Shown: one piece after another, positions 1-8,466 of the stretch
Position numbering within the stretch: the first letter of the stretch is position 1
How the letters are laid out: every line of letters begins with the position of its first letter
From: an uncultured Bacteroidales bacterium
Lineage (GTDB): Bacteria > Bacteroidota > Bacteroidia > Bacteroidales > Muribaculaceae
DNA length: 64,000 bases
Reading direction: 5' to 3'
Assembly (NCBI GenBank): GCA_902796035.1
Contig: CADBNR010000074.1
Location: 1,771 to 65,770 of the forward strand
The notes under the pieces: generated by a model
The model's database searches: none
Told to the model about the DNA's origin: nothing
What the model saw: only the letters and a program-made list of their open reading frames with translations
Translations under genes and position numbers: made by a program

Positions 1-877
1 CATAATTCACCACCAGAATGATTCCGGCGTTGCCTTTGATAGCTTTGTGCTGCCATTCTCTTTCCTCGGGACTGATAAATGGAGACACTAATACGCCTCT
101 CTGGCGTATTGTCTCCTCCCAGGAGGCCATGCGCCGCGGCAGGTCAAGGCGCTTCTCAGGGCGACGGCTTATCTGCACCTGCGCCTTGTCGGGGTTGTCA
201 AGAAGCAGGATATTGCCGTAAAGCTGCAGCTTACGGTCTCCTAATTGCATAGCCATATTGTTGCAGAAGAATTCCGGATGCATTTTGCGCACTATATGAC
301 GATATGGGTTGTCGAGGACATACTGACAGAAGGAATCCTTGGCACCCCTTCGGCGTGCAATTCGGTCGTTGAAGCCAATCTGGAAGATGGCGATGCGGTT
401 TTGTTCTTCCTCAGGGCGTCCGTGGTCTGTGGTGACCTGGGTGCCGAGGTCGGCATCCTGAGGAAGCCGGGCGCGGAGATCGCGCCAGAACGCTGAGTCG
501 GCGCCTTTACGATCGGCGCCGGCACTTAGATAGCGGCGGAAGGTGGTGGTGCATAGGCTAGAGAACTCGCCAATGTATGTGCCCAGAGGCTTATCCAGAT
601 TTTCGTGTACATACAGCACGAAATGAATATGGTCGGGCATTACGGAGCGTACAAGGATACGCATCGATGGTTGCGGCTTGAAGTAAGCGTCCATGCAGTC
701 ATATACGAGGCGGCCGAGCGGCAGAACCTCGACGCCGGCAGCCAGCTTGCCATTGAACTGGCGTGCATAGATGCGCGTCAAAGGAGGGAGCCGACGGAGG
801 CAATTCATGGTAATCTGGTAAATGCAACGGCTGCGGTAGTCATGCAGCCGGCATCGCACGTTGAAATTGGCGTCCAT
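1..877 (-). CDS. IS200/IS605-superfamily Y1 (HUH) transposase, REP-associated tyrosine transposase (RayT)-like; 3' part runs off the left edge
   Basis: Absent from the ORF track because there is no stop in the window. My own minus-strand translation from the ATG at 877 gives MDANFNVRCRLHDYRSRCIYQITMNC...ILVRSVMPDHIHFVLYVHE...FCQYVLDNPYRHIV...EWQHKAIKGNAGIILVVNY. It has the HUH motif (H-I-H) and a downstream Y-x-x-x-N-P tyrosine motif typical of Y1_Tnp/RayT. An in-frame TAA lies just upstream of the ATG, and the frame stays open to position 1. Confidence 0.8.
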   Translation of the reverse strand, partial: MDANFNVRCRLHDYRSRCIYQITMNCLRRLPPLTRIYARQFNGKLAAGVEVLPLGRLVYDCMDAYFKPQPSMRILVRSVMPDHIHFVLYVHENLDKPLGTYIGEFSSLCTTTFRRYLSAGADRKGADSAFWRDLRARLPQDADLGTQVTTDHGRPEEEQNRIAIFQIGFNDRIARRRGAKDSFCQYVLDNPYRHIVRKMHPEFFCNNMAMQLGDRKLQLYGNILLLDNPDKAQVQISRRPEKRLDLPRRMASWEETIRQRGVLVSPFISPEEREWQHKAIKGNAGIILVVNY

Positions 878-987
878 ACCGGAGGAACGCCAGGTGGCGT
901 CCCTTTATTGTGAACAGAGCGGAAAACGGCCGGTGGAAACGCGGCTACGCCGCCGGCCCGGACCTAACCCGCCTGGAGCAGGCAGAC

Positions 988-1065
988 GCAGGCGGGGCGC
1001 GAAGCGCGGGGCAGGCGGGGCGCGAAGCGCGGGGCAGGCGGGGCGCGAAGCGCGGGGCAGGCGGG
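988..1065. repeat. 23-bp GC-rich tandem repeat, 3 exact copies plus a 9-bp partial copy (unit GCAGGCGGGGCGCGAAGCGCGGG); REP-like
   Basis: Exact units at 988-1010, 1011-1033 and 1034-1056, with a partial unit at 1057-1065. Each unit contains GCGC-GAA-GCGC (4-bp stem, GAA triloop). The array lies about 110 bp upstream of the RayT-like start codon. Confidence 0.9.
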
Positions 1066-1102
1066 TTTGTTCCGGGCGAGAGGCACAGCCGCGGACATAG
1101 GT

Positions 1103-1125
1103 ACCGCGCTTTTGGCGCGGTTTTT
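1103..1125 (+). terminator. Rho-independent-terminator-like hairpin (CCGCGC-TTTTG-GCGCGG followed by TTTTT)
   Basis: A 6-7 bp GC stem plus a T-run read directly from the sequence. It sits between the REP-like array and rsfS, and no plus-strand gene lies upstream, so it may act as an insulator. Confidence 0.45.
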
Positions 1126-1139
1126 GTTGGAGTATCGGC

Positions 1140-1520
1140 ATGGAAATCGAGAAGAATGAAAATAAAGGCGGCGTCGAGGCGCTGACCGACACTATAGTGG
1201 AGGCTATGCAGGACCTTAAGGCTCAGGCTGTAACCGTCATAGATATGGAGAAGCTGGACTCGGCCCCGGCCTCACGTTTCGTGATATGCGAGGGAAAGTC
1301 AACCACCCAGACAGGCTCTATCGCCGACAATGTGCGCGAACAGGTGCGCAAACAACTGCGCCTGTCGCCGTATAGCATGGACGGCACCCGTAATTCACAA
1401 TGGGTGGTGCTGGACTATGGCTCGGTCATAGCCCATGTATTCCTGCCCGAGATGCGCAGTCTGTACGATCTGGAGGAACTTTGGAGCGACGCCGGCATTA
1501 CGAGGATCAGTGATGATTGA
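1140..1520 (+). CDS. rsfS: Ribosome silencing factor RsfS (iojap family)
   Basis: 126 aa. VICEGKSTTQ...WVVLDYGSVIAHVFLPEMRSLYDLEELW is the typical RsfS core, and the gene precedes ftsH as in many Bacteroidota. Confidence 0.9.
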   Translation: MEIEKNENKGGVEALTDTIVEAMQDLKAQAVTVIDMEKLDSAPASRFVICEGKSTTQTGSIADNVREQVRKQLRLSPYSMDGTRNSQWVVLDYGSVIAHVFLPEMRSLYDLEELWSDAGITRISDD

Positions 1521-1626
1521 GTACAGTGAAGAGAAAATTGAGGAATTTTAAACGTGCATTCGGAAATTATTATTACCTTTGCATGGATATTCACGTGGAA
1601 GCGTGAAATAGAATGAACACACACAA

Positions 1627-3690
1627 ATGCAAAATATATTTCAACCGCAGAAAAGAAAGCCGGGCAACAGCAAACGACCGCTGTTCAATATGTACTGGAT
1701 GTATGCGCTGATAGTGATGTCGCTGTTGGCTCTATACTATTTTCAGGACGGCTCGCATAGCAAGGAGGTGGACTGGACCGATTTCGAACATGCCGCTCTT
1801 GCCGGCGACATCGACAAGATTGCGGTGACGCCCACCGAGGGCATAGCCGAAGGCGTGCTTACCACACAGGGGGCCAAGAACCAGAAGTTCGACATGTCGC
1901 CCACCTTCAGCGGCGACAAGAAATTGATAACCACCATTCCCAGCACTGACAAGATGCAGGAGAAGATAGACGCGTGGAACGCGGCATTGCAGAAAGAGGG
2001 TAAGCCGGCCATCAAGGTGAACTACGATAAGGGTTCCGACCTGATGAAGTTCATCTGGTACTTCGGCCCGATTATCCTGATTGTGGTATTCATGGTATAT
2101 ATGTCCAAACGCATGGCCGGCGGAGGCGGCGGGGGAGGTATCTTCAACGTCGGCAAGTCGAAGGCCATGGTGTTCGACAAGGACAACGGTACGAACGTAA
2201 CGTTTGACGACGTGGCCGGTCTGAGCGAGGCCAAGGTGGAGATTGAGGAAATAGTGGAATTCCTGAAGAATCCGCAGCGATATACCGACCTCGGCGCAAA
2301 GATACCGAAAGGCGCGCTGTTGGTAGGCCCTCCGGGAACGGGTAAGACCCTTCTGGCCAAGGCTGTGGCCGGAGAGGCCAACGTGCCGTTCCTGTCCATG
2401 TCCGGTTCGGACTTCGTCGAAATGTTCGTGGGCGTTGGTGCAGCGCGAGTGCGCGATCTGTTCAAGCAGGCCAAGGAAAAGGCACCGTGCATCGTGTTCA
2501 TCGATGAGATTGACGCCGTGGGCCGTGCCCGTGGCCGCAACCCGAACATGGGCAGCAACGACGAGCGCGAGAACACGCTGAACCAGATGCTGACAGAAAT
2601 GGACGGCTTCCAGAGCAATAACGGCGTGATATGTCTCGCTGCCACCAACCGTGCCGATATGCTGGACAAGGCCCTGCTGCGTCCGGGCCGTTTCGACCGT
2701 CAGATATATGTTGACCTGCCGGAGCTGACCGACCGCGAGGCCATCTTCAAGGTGCATCTGCGCCACATCAAGGTGAACGCCAAGCTCGACATCGAGCAGT
2801 TGGCGCGCCAGACGCAGGGCTTCAGCGGCGCCGACATCGCAAACGTATGCAACGAGGCCGCGCTGATAGCCGCCCGCAACAACAAGAAGCTTGTGGACTG
2901 GGACGACTTCATGCAGGCCATAGACCGCATCGTGGGCGGCCTTGAGAAAAAGAGCCGCATCATCACCGACCAGGAGAAACGCAGCATCGCCACACACGAG
3001 GCTGGACACGCCACGGTGACATGGATGCTGGAATACGGCAATCCGCTCGTTAAGGTTACGATTGTACCGCGCGGCCGCGCACTCGGTGCCGCCTGGTATG
3101 CCCCCGAGGAGCGTCAGATTATCCCGACTCAGGCGCTTTTGGACACCATGTGCGGTCTTTTGGCAGGCCGAGCCGCCGAGGAAGTGTTCCTCGGCCAGAT
3201 AGGCACAGGCGCCAGCGACGACCTGGAGAAGTGCACCAAGATAGCGCGCAGTCTGGTGCAGGTGTATGGCATGAGCGACAAACTGCCCAACCTGAACTAC
3301 AACGACTCAACGGGCCAGGAGATGGGCTTCACCAAGCCATACAGCGACCGCACCGCCGAAGTGATAGACGAGGAGGTGAAGCGCATCGTCAACGAGCAGT
3401 ACGAGCGCGCGAAGCAGATACTGCAAGAATATGCAGCGCAGCACAACCGGATACGCGACGCCTTGATTGAGAACGAGGTGATCTACCACGACGACGTGGC
3501 GCGCATACTCGGCCCGCGTAAGTGGAAAAGCCGCACCGACGAGATAATAGAGCTGAACAAGGCGCAGGACGCCGGGAAGCCGAAGGCTATCGCCGGAAAG
3601 GACGCCGCAGGCACCGGCGACAAGGTGTCTGAACCGGAAGCCGTCGATGACGACGACGCAGACACGCCGCCGCCGTTCAGCGGAAGATGA
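1627..3690 (+). CDS. ftsH: ATP-dependent zinc metalloprotease FtsH
   Basis: 687 aa. N-terminal TM segments, Walker [19 protein letters not shown], the SRH region, and the zinc motif HEAGHA. Confidence 0.98.
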   Translation: MQNIFQPQKRKPGNSKRPLFNMYWMYALIVMSLLALYYFQDGSHSKEVDWTDFEHAALAGDIDKIAVTPTEGIAEGVLTTQGAKNQKFDMSPTFSGDKKLITTIPSTDKMQEKIDAWNAALQKEGKPAIKVNYDKGSDLMKFIWYFGPIILIVVFMVYMSKRMAGGGGGGGIFNVGKSKAMVFDKDNGTNVTFDDVAGLSEAKVEIEEIVEFLKNPQRYTDLGAKIPKGALLVGPPGTGKTLLAKAVAGEANVPFLSMSGSDFVEMFVGVGAARVRDLFKQAKEKAPCIVFIDEIDAVGRARGRNPNMGSNDERENTLNQMLTEMDGFQSNNGVICLAATNRADMLDKALLRPGRFDRQIYVDLPELTDREAIFKVHLRHIKVNAKLDIEQLARQTQGFSGADIANVCNEAALIAARNNKKLVDWDDFMQAIDRIVGGLEKKSRIITDQEKRSIATHEAGHATVTWMLEYGNPLVKVTIVPRGRALGAAWYAPEERQIIPTQALLDTMCGLLAGRAAEEVFLGQIGTGASDDLEKCTKIARSLVQVYGMSDKLPNLNYNDSTGQEMGFTKPYSDRTAEVIDEEVKRIVNEQYERAKQILQEYAAQHNRIRDALIENEVIYHDDVARILGPRKWKSRTDEIIELNKAQDAGKPKAIAGKDAAGTGDKVSEPEAVDDDDADTPPPFSGR

Positions 3691-3710
3691 TACAGAGGGC
3701 TGTGCCACGA

Positions 3711-3738
3711 GGTGCGGCCTTTTTTGCGCACCCTTTTT
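3711..3738 (+). terminator. Putative ftsH terminator hairpin (GGTGCG...CGCACC followed by a T-run)
   Basis: 6-bp stem at 3711-3716/3727-3732, T-rich loop, and TTTTT at 3734-3738. Confidence 0.5.
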
Positions 3739-3781
3739 GCATTAAAAATTGTTATAAATTTTGGCGGGAGTGAAAAATTTG

Positions 3782-3789
3782 TAATTTTG
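3782..3789 (+). promoter_or_regulatory. Bacteroidota -7 promoter box TAATTTTG (context TTTGTAATTTTGCAAA) upstream of the RND operon
   Basis: Matches the TAnnTTTG consensus known for Bacteroides sigma-A(Bf) promoters, about 100 nt upstream of the 3892 ATG. Confidence 0.5.
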
Positions 3790-3891
3790 CAAAACTAAAA
3801 TACGGATTTGGGTTTTCAAGGGGCAAAAAAGGAGGGGGAATGGCTCAGGCCCAGGCCGGATAACGACGAAATAATAATCAAAGAGTGAAAT

Positions 3892-5013
3892 ATGAATACG
3901 AAAAGAGTTTGCATTGGAATGGCCGTCATGACGATAGGCGCGGCTATGATTACGGGATGCAAAGGTAAGGGACAGCAACAGCAGGGACAGCAGGTTCCGG
4001 AGCTGGCCGTCATAACGGTAGGCGAGGAAGACGCTACCCTTGAGACAGGCATTCCCACGACTCTGGAGGGAGAGAACGACGTGCAGATACGTCCGCAGAT
4101 CCAGGGCATACTGACCAAGGTCTACATCGAGGAGGGCCAGCACGTGCATGCGGGCCAGGTTCTGTTCACCATCGACCAGGTGACGCTGAAGGCTGCCGTG
4201 GACGCCGCTCAGGCTGCGCTGCAGGTGGCCCAGGCCAACGTCAACACCGCGCAGACCAACGCCAATAACAATAAGATACTTCTTGACAAAAACATAATCT
4301 CGGCTCCGGCCTATCAGACATCCGTGAATGCCCTGAACGCCGCCAAGGCACAGTACGCGCAGGCCGCCGCCAACCTCTCGTCGGCACGCAAGAACCTGTC
4401 GTATGCCACCATCACGGCCCCGATCAGTGGTCTGGTAGGATCAATTCCCTTCAAGGAGGGTTCGCTGGTATCGCCCCAGACGGAACTGACCGTGATTTCG
4501 AATAACGGCGACATGGAGGCTTATTTCTCTCTGAACGAGAAGGATATCCTGGCGCTGACCGACAACGGACGCCGCACGATAGCCGAGGCCATCAAGGCCA
4601 TGCCGGCCGTGACACTGCAATTGGCCAACGGCGAGCGTTACGCCCAGCCCGGCAAGATCGTGGCTATTTCAGGGGTGATCGATCCGGCCACGGGTGCCGC
4701 ATCGGCCAAGGCTGTGTTCCCCAACCCCAACGGTATGTTGCACAGCGGCAACACCGGCCAGATCATGATTCCGCAGATTCACAATAACGTGATGATGGTG
4801 CCCCAGGCCGCCACATACGAAATGCAGGACATGAAGTTCGTCTACGTGGTGGGTGACTCCAACAAGGTGCACAGCACTCCCATCACAATTTCGGAAGAAA
4901 ACGACGGTAAGAACTATATCGTGACCGGCGGTCTGAAGCCCGGCCAGCAGATAGTAGTGGAAGGCGTGGGTATCTCCGTGAAGGACGACATGGTGATCAA
5001 ACCTAAGAAGTAA
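3892..5013 (+). CDS. Efflux RND transporter periplasmic adaptor subunit (membrane fusion protein), lipoprotein
   Basis: 373 aa. Lipobox ITGCKG, a biotinyl/lipoyl-like hairpin, and coiled-coil (AAVDAAQAALQVAQANV...) architecture typical of the AcrA/MexA family. It lies immediately upstream of the pump gene. Confidence 0.9.
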   Translation: MNTKRVCIGMAVMTIGAAMITGCKGKGQQQQGQQVPELAVITVGEEDATLETGIPTTLEGENDVQIRPQIQGILTKVYIEEGQHVHAGQVLFTIDQVTLKAAVDAAQAALQVAQANVNTAQTNANNNKILLDKNIISAPAYQTSVNALNAAKAQYAQAAANLSSARKNLSYATITAPISGLVGSIPFKEGSLVSPQTELTVISNNGDMEAYFSLNEKDILALTDNGRRTIAEAIKAMPAVTLQLANGERYAQPGKIVAISGVIDPATGAASAKAVFPNPNGMLHSGNTGQIMIPQIHNNVMMVPQAATYEMQDMKFVYVVGDSNKVHSTPITISEENDGKNYIVTGGLKPGQQIVVEGVGISVKDDMVIKPKK

Positions 5014-5033
5014 GAACAAGCTCAGGAAGTGTT

Positions 5034-8000
5034 ATGAAACTAAGTACATTCATCAACAGGCCGGTACTCAGTACGGTGATCTCTATCTTCATCGTGCTGC
5101 TGGGACTCTTAGGCCTGATGGCGCTCCCTATCGAGCAATACCCGAACATCGCGCCTCCTACCATATCCGTATCCACCAACTATACGGGTGCCAACGCGCA
5201 GGCAGTGCTGAATTCGGTGATCGCCCCGCTCGAGGAGCAGATAAACGGCGCCGAGAACATGGACTATATGTACTCGACAGCCGCCAACAACGGATCGGCT
5301 CAGATCCTGGTATATTTCAAGGCAGGCACGGACCCCGACATGGCCGCCGTCGATGTACAGAACCGCGTGGCCAAGGCCGCGAGTTTCCTGCCGTCGGAGG
5401 TGAACCAGGTGGGCGTCATCACGCAGAAGCGCCAGAGCTCCATGCTGATGGTGTTCAACGTATACGCCGACTCGGGCAACTACTCCGAGGAATTCGTGGA
5501 GAACTACGCCGCCATCAACATCATCCCCGTCATCAAGCGTGTGCCCGGTGTGGGCGAGGCGATGGTGATGGGCGCCGACTATTCGATGCGTATATGGCTG
5601 AAGCCCGAGGCAATGGCCCAGTACGGACTTATGCCCGGTGACATCACCGCCGCACTGGCCGAGCAGAACATCGAGGCCGCGCCAGGCCAGTTCGGTGAGA
5701 ACGGCGACCAGTCGTTCCAGTACGTTATGCGTTACAAGGGACGTTTGAGCGACGAGAAGGAATTCGGCGACATCATAATACGCGCCACTCCGGACGGCGA
5801 GATTCTGCGCCTGAGCGACGTGGCCGATGTGGAATTGGGCCGACTGTCGTACGGTTTCCATTCTACGAGCAACGGCAAGATCGGTGTGGCCGCCATGATA
5901 ATGCAGGCCCCCGGATCGAACGCCACGCAGGTGGTGAACGACATCCAGGCCGAACTCGACAAGTTCCAGAAAGATGCTCCCGAGGGAATCAAGATCATCA
6001 CCACCATGGACGTGAACCAGTTCCTGTTCGCATCCATACATGAGGTGATCAAGACCCTTATAGAGGCGTTCCTGCTGGTGTTCCTTGTGGTGTTCATCTT
6101 CCTGCAGGACTTCCGAAGCACGCTTATTCCTATGATTGCCATTCCGGTGGCGCTGATAGGTACGTTCTTCCTGATGTATATATTCGGGTTCTCGCTGAAC
6201 CTGCTGACCCTTTCCGCCCTTGTGCTGGCCATCGCGATTGTGGTGGACGACGCCATAGTGGTGGTGGAGGCGGTGCACGCCAAGCTTGACCAGGGATACA
6301 AGTCGTCGAAGATGGCGGCAATAGACGCCATGAACGAGATTGCATCCGCGCTGATCTCCATTACGCTGGTCATGATGCTTGTGTTCATCCCCGTGTCGTT
6401 TATCGGCGGTACGTCGGGAGTGTTCTACCGCCAGTTCGGACTTACCATGGCCATGGCCATCTTCCTGTCAGCTGTCAATGCATTAACGCTGTCGCCGGCC
6501 CTGTGCGCCCTGTTCCTGAAGCCCCATGTCGCCGACGATGAGGAACCCAAACCACTCGGCGAGCGCATGAAGGAGGCATACTCCGCCACCGGCGAAGTGC
6601 TGAAGCAGACTTACAAGAAGCGTTTCGGCTTCCAGTTCCCCGCATGGGTGACGAGCCTGCTGCTGCTTGCTGCCATCGTGTTCCTGGTATTAGGCTGGTA
6701 TGAGTTCGAGAACGTGGCCTTGAGCTGTCTGGCCATAGCCGTGGCCGTGCTCGGCGTGATCGGTATGTTCCAGAAGAACTTCATCGACGCGTTCAACAAC
6801 GTGTTCCATAAGCTGCAGAACAAGTACACCAAGGGTATCTCCTGGGTTATCAACCATAAGTGGCTCAGCTTCGGCTCCGTTGCCGCCGCGTGCGCGCTGC
6901 TGGTATGGCTAATGGCTATAACGCCGACGTCTCTGGTGCCTAACGAAGACACCGGAACAATCATGGGCGTGGTGGATATGCCGCCCGCAACGTCGATGGA
7001 GCGCACCAAGCGTGTAATGGACCGTGTGGACTCGATATGCGGCACCATCCCCGCCATACAGGTGCGTAACGCCATCACCGGTTACTCGTTCGTATCAGGA
7101 CAGGGCAACACCTACGGATCGTTCATCATCAAGCTGAAGCCGTGGGAGGAACGTGACGAGAAGACCGAGAGCGCGCAGGCAATCCTGCAGCAGCTCTTCG
7201 CCAAGACCGCACAGATTCCCGACGGACGTATCATGTTCTTCCAGCCTCCTATGATCTCGGGTTACTCGGCTACGTCCGGTTTCGAGATTCGTCTGCAGGA
7301 CAAGACGGGCGGTGACCTGACCAACTTCTTCCAGGTTTACCAGAAGTTCATCGCCGCGCTGAACGCCCGTCCCGAGATTGCCATGGCGTACTCGACGTTC
7401 AACCCCTCGTATCCGCAGTACCTGGTCGAGCTGGACGTAGCCAAGATCAAGCAGGCCGGACTGACGCAGAACGCAATACTCAGCACGTTGCAAGGATACT
7501 ACGGCGGTATGTACATCTCGAACTTCAACAAGTTCGGCAAGCTATACCGCGTCATGATGCAGGCCAATCCCGAGGCGCGAGTGTCGCCCGAGACACTGAA
7601 GCGCATCAAGGTGCGTAACGGCGCAACGATGGCCCCGATCGACAACTTCGTGAAGCTGACACGTGTGTACGGTCCGGACATCATCAACCGCTTCAATATG
7701 TTCACCTCGATTTCCGTGACGGGTTCGCCGGCACCCGGATCGTCGTCGGGCGACGCCATCGCCGCCATCGAGCAGGTTGCCGCCGAGACGCTCCCCGTCG
7801 GATTCGGTTACGACTACTCCGGTCTGACCCGCGAGGAGGCCAAGCAGGGCTCCAGCTCCACCGGCTATGTGTTCGCGCTGGTATTGCTGTTCGTCTACCT
7901 GCTGCTGAGCGCACAGTATGAGTCGTACATCATACCATGGGCCGTAATCCTCTCTGTTCCTTTCGGACTGATGGGTAGCTTCGTCTTCGCCAAGTTCATG

Positions 8001-8423
8001 GGCATAGACAACAACATCTATCTGCAGATCGCGTTGATCATGCTTATCGGTCTGTTGGCCAAGAACGCCATCCTTATCGTCGAGTTCGCACTTGAACGGC
8101 GACGGACCGGCGTGTCGATAGTCAAGTCGGCCATCCTCGGAGCCGCGGCGCGTCTGCGTCCTATCCTTATGACATCAATGGCCATGATCATCGGTCTGCT
8201 GCCTATGATGTTCGCTACGGGCGCCGGCGCCAACGGTTATAGGGCACTTGGTTCGGGTGCCATCGGCGGTATGTTGATCGGTATGATATTGCAGCTGATG
8301 ATGGTGCCAGCTCTGTTCGTGGCATTGCAGATGCTGCAGGAGAAGTTCACCCCGATGAAGTGGAAGGACACCGACAACTCGGCATTGGGTTCGGAAATCA
8401 CGCAGTACAGCAAGCAGAGTTGA
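5034..8423 (+). CDS. Efflux RND transporter permease (AcrB/HAE1 family), unusually long at 1129 aa
   Basis: N-terminus MKLSTFINRPVLSTVISIFIVLLG, conserved TM4 region LVLAIAIVVDDAIVVVE, and duplicated porter/TM halves. It also carries an insertion of about 70 aa with two hydrophobic helices after TM6 (see findings). Confidence 0.95.
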   Translation: MKLSTFINRPVLSTVISIFIVLLGLLGLMALPIEQYPNIAPPTISVSTNYTGANAQAVLNSVIAPLEEQINGAENMDYMYSTAANNGSAQILVYFKAGTDPDMAAVDVQNRVAKAASFLPSEVNQVGVITQKRQSSMLMVFNVYADSGNYSEEFVENYAAINIIPVIKRVPGVGEAMVMGADYSMRIWLKPEAMAQYGLMPGDITAALAEQNIEAAPGQFGENGDQSFQYVMRYKGRLSDEKEFGDIIIRATPDGEILRLSDVADVELGRLSYGFHSTSNGKIGVAAMIMQAPGSNATQVVNDIQAELDKFQKDAPEGIKIITTMDVNQFLFASIHEVIKTLIEAFLLVFLVVFIFLQDFRSTLIPMIAIPVALIGTFFLMYIFGFSLNLLTLSALVLAIAIVVDDAIVVVEAVHAKLDQGYKSSKMAAIDAMNEIASALISITLVMMLVFIPVSFIGGTSGVFYRQFGLTMAMAIFLSAVNALTLSPALCALFLKPHVADDEEPKPLGERMKEAYSATGEVLKQTYKKRFGFQFPAWVTSLLLLAAIVFLVLGWYEFENVALSCLAIAVAVLGVIGMFQKNFIDAFNNVFHKLQNKYTKGISWVINHKWLSFGSVAAACALLVWLMAITPTSLVPNEDTGTIMGVVDMPPATSMERTKRVMDRVDSICGTIPAIQVRNAITGYSFVSGQGNTYGSFIIKLKPWEERDEKTESAQAILQQLFAKTAQIPDGRIMFFQPPMISGYSATSGFEIRLQDKTGGDLTNFFQVYQKFIAALNARPEIAMAYSTFNPSYPQYLVELDVAKIKQAGLTQNAILSTLQGYYGGMYISNFNKFGKLYRVMMQANPEARVSPETLKRIKVRNGATMAPIDNFVKLTRVYGPDIINRFNMFTSISVTGSPAPGSSSGDAIAAIEQVAAETLPVGFGYDYSGLTREEAKQGSSSTGYVFALVLLFVYLLLSAQYESYIIPWAVILSVPFGLMGSFVFAKFMGIDNNIYLQIALIMLIGLLAKNAILIVEFALERRRTGVSIVKSAILGAAARLRPILMTSMAMIIGLLPMMFATGAGANGYRALGSGAIGGMLIGMILQLMMVPALFVALQMLQEKFTPMKWKDTDNSALGSEITQYSKQS

Positions 8424-8424
8424 G

Positions 8425-8456
8425 AATGCATAATGCACAATGCATAATGCATAATT
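8425..8456. repeat. 7-bp tandem repeat AATGCAY x4.5 in the 43-bp pump/OMF intercistronic gap
   Basis: Reads aatgcat aatgcac aatgcat aatgcat aatt, with three ATGCAT palindromes. Confidence 0.9.
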
Positions 8457-8466
8457 AAGAGAAAAG

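Noticed and set aside
964-975. A shared 12-mer CTAACCCGCCTG at 964-975 and 11806-11817, and a shared 10-mer AATAGTGGCG at about 52107 and about 59590, considered as possible dispersed repeats.
   Set aside because: In 64 kb, many exact 10-12-mer coincidences are expected by chance. The flanks do not extend either match.
861-1192. Arg/Gly/Ala-rich ORFs (861-1100 +, 910-1185 +, 905-1192 -) spanning the 23-bp repeat array.
   Set aside because: They are simply translations of the GC-rich tandem repeat in different frames. They have no start context, and they overlap one another.
1732-3009. Long antisense ORFs opposite real genes. Examples: 1732-3009 (-) in ftsH; 5109-6278 (-) in the RND pump; 33310-34581 (+) in pfp; 38869-40044 (-) across the transporter, mazG and topB; 43788-45041 (-) in glmM; 48161-49270 (-) across the PNP gene and thiL; 51094-52038 (-) in aguB; and 37326-38147 (-) in mtnN.
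   Set aside because: Their translations are low-complexity (rich in H, R, V, L, G and A) with no recognisable motifs, while the opposite strand encodes full-length, motif-bearing housekeeping proteins. This is the typical result of stop-codon depletion on the antisense strand of codon-biased genes.
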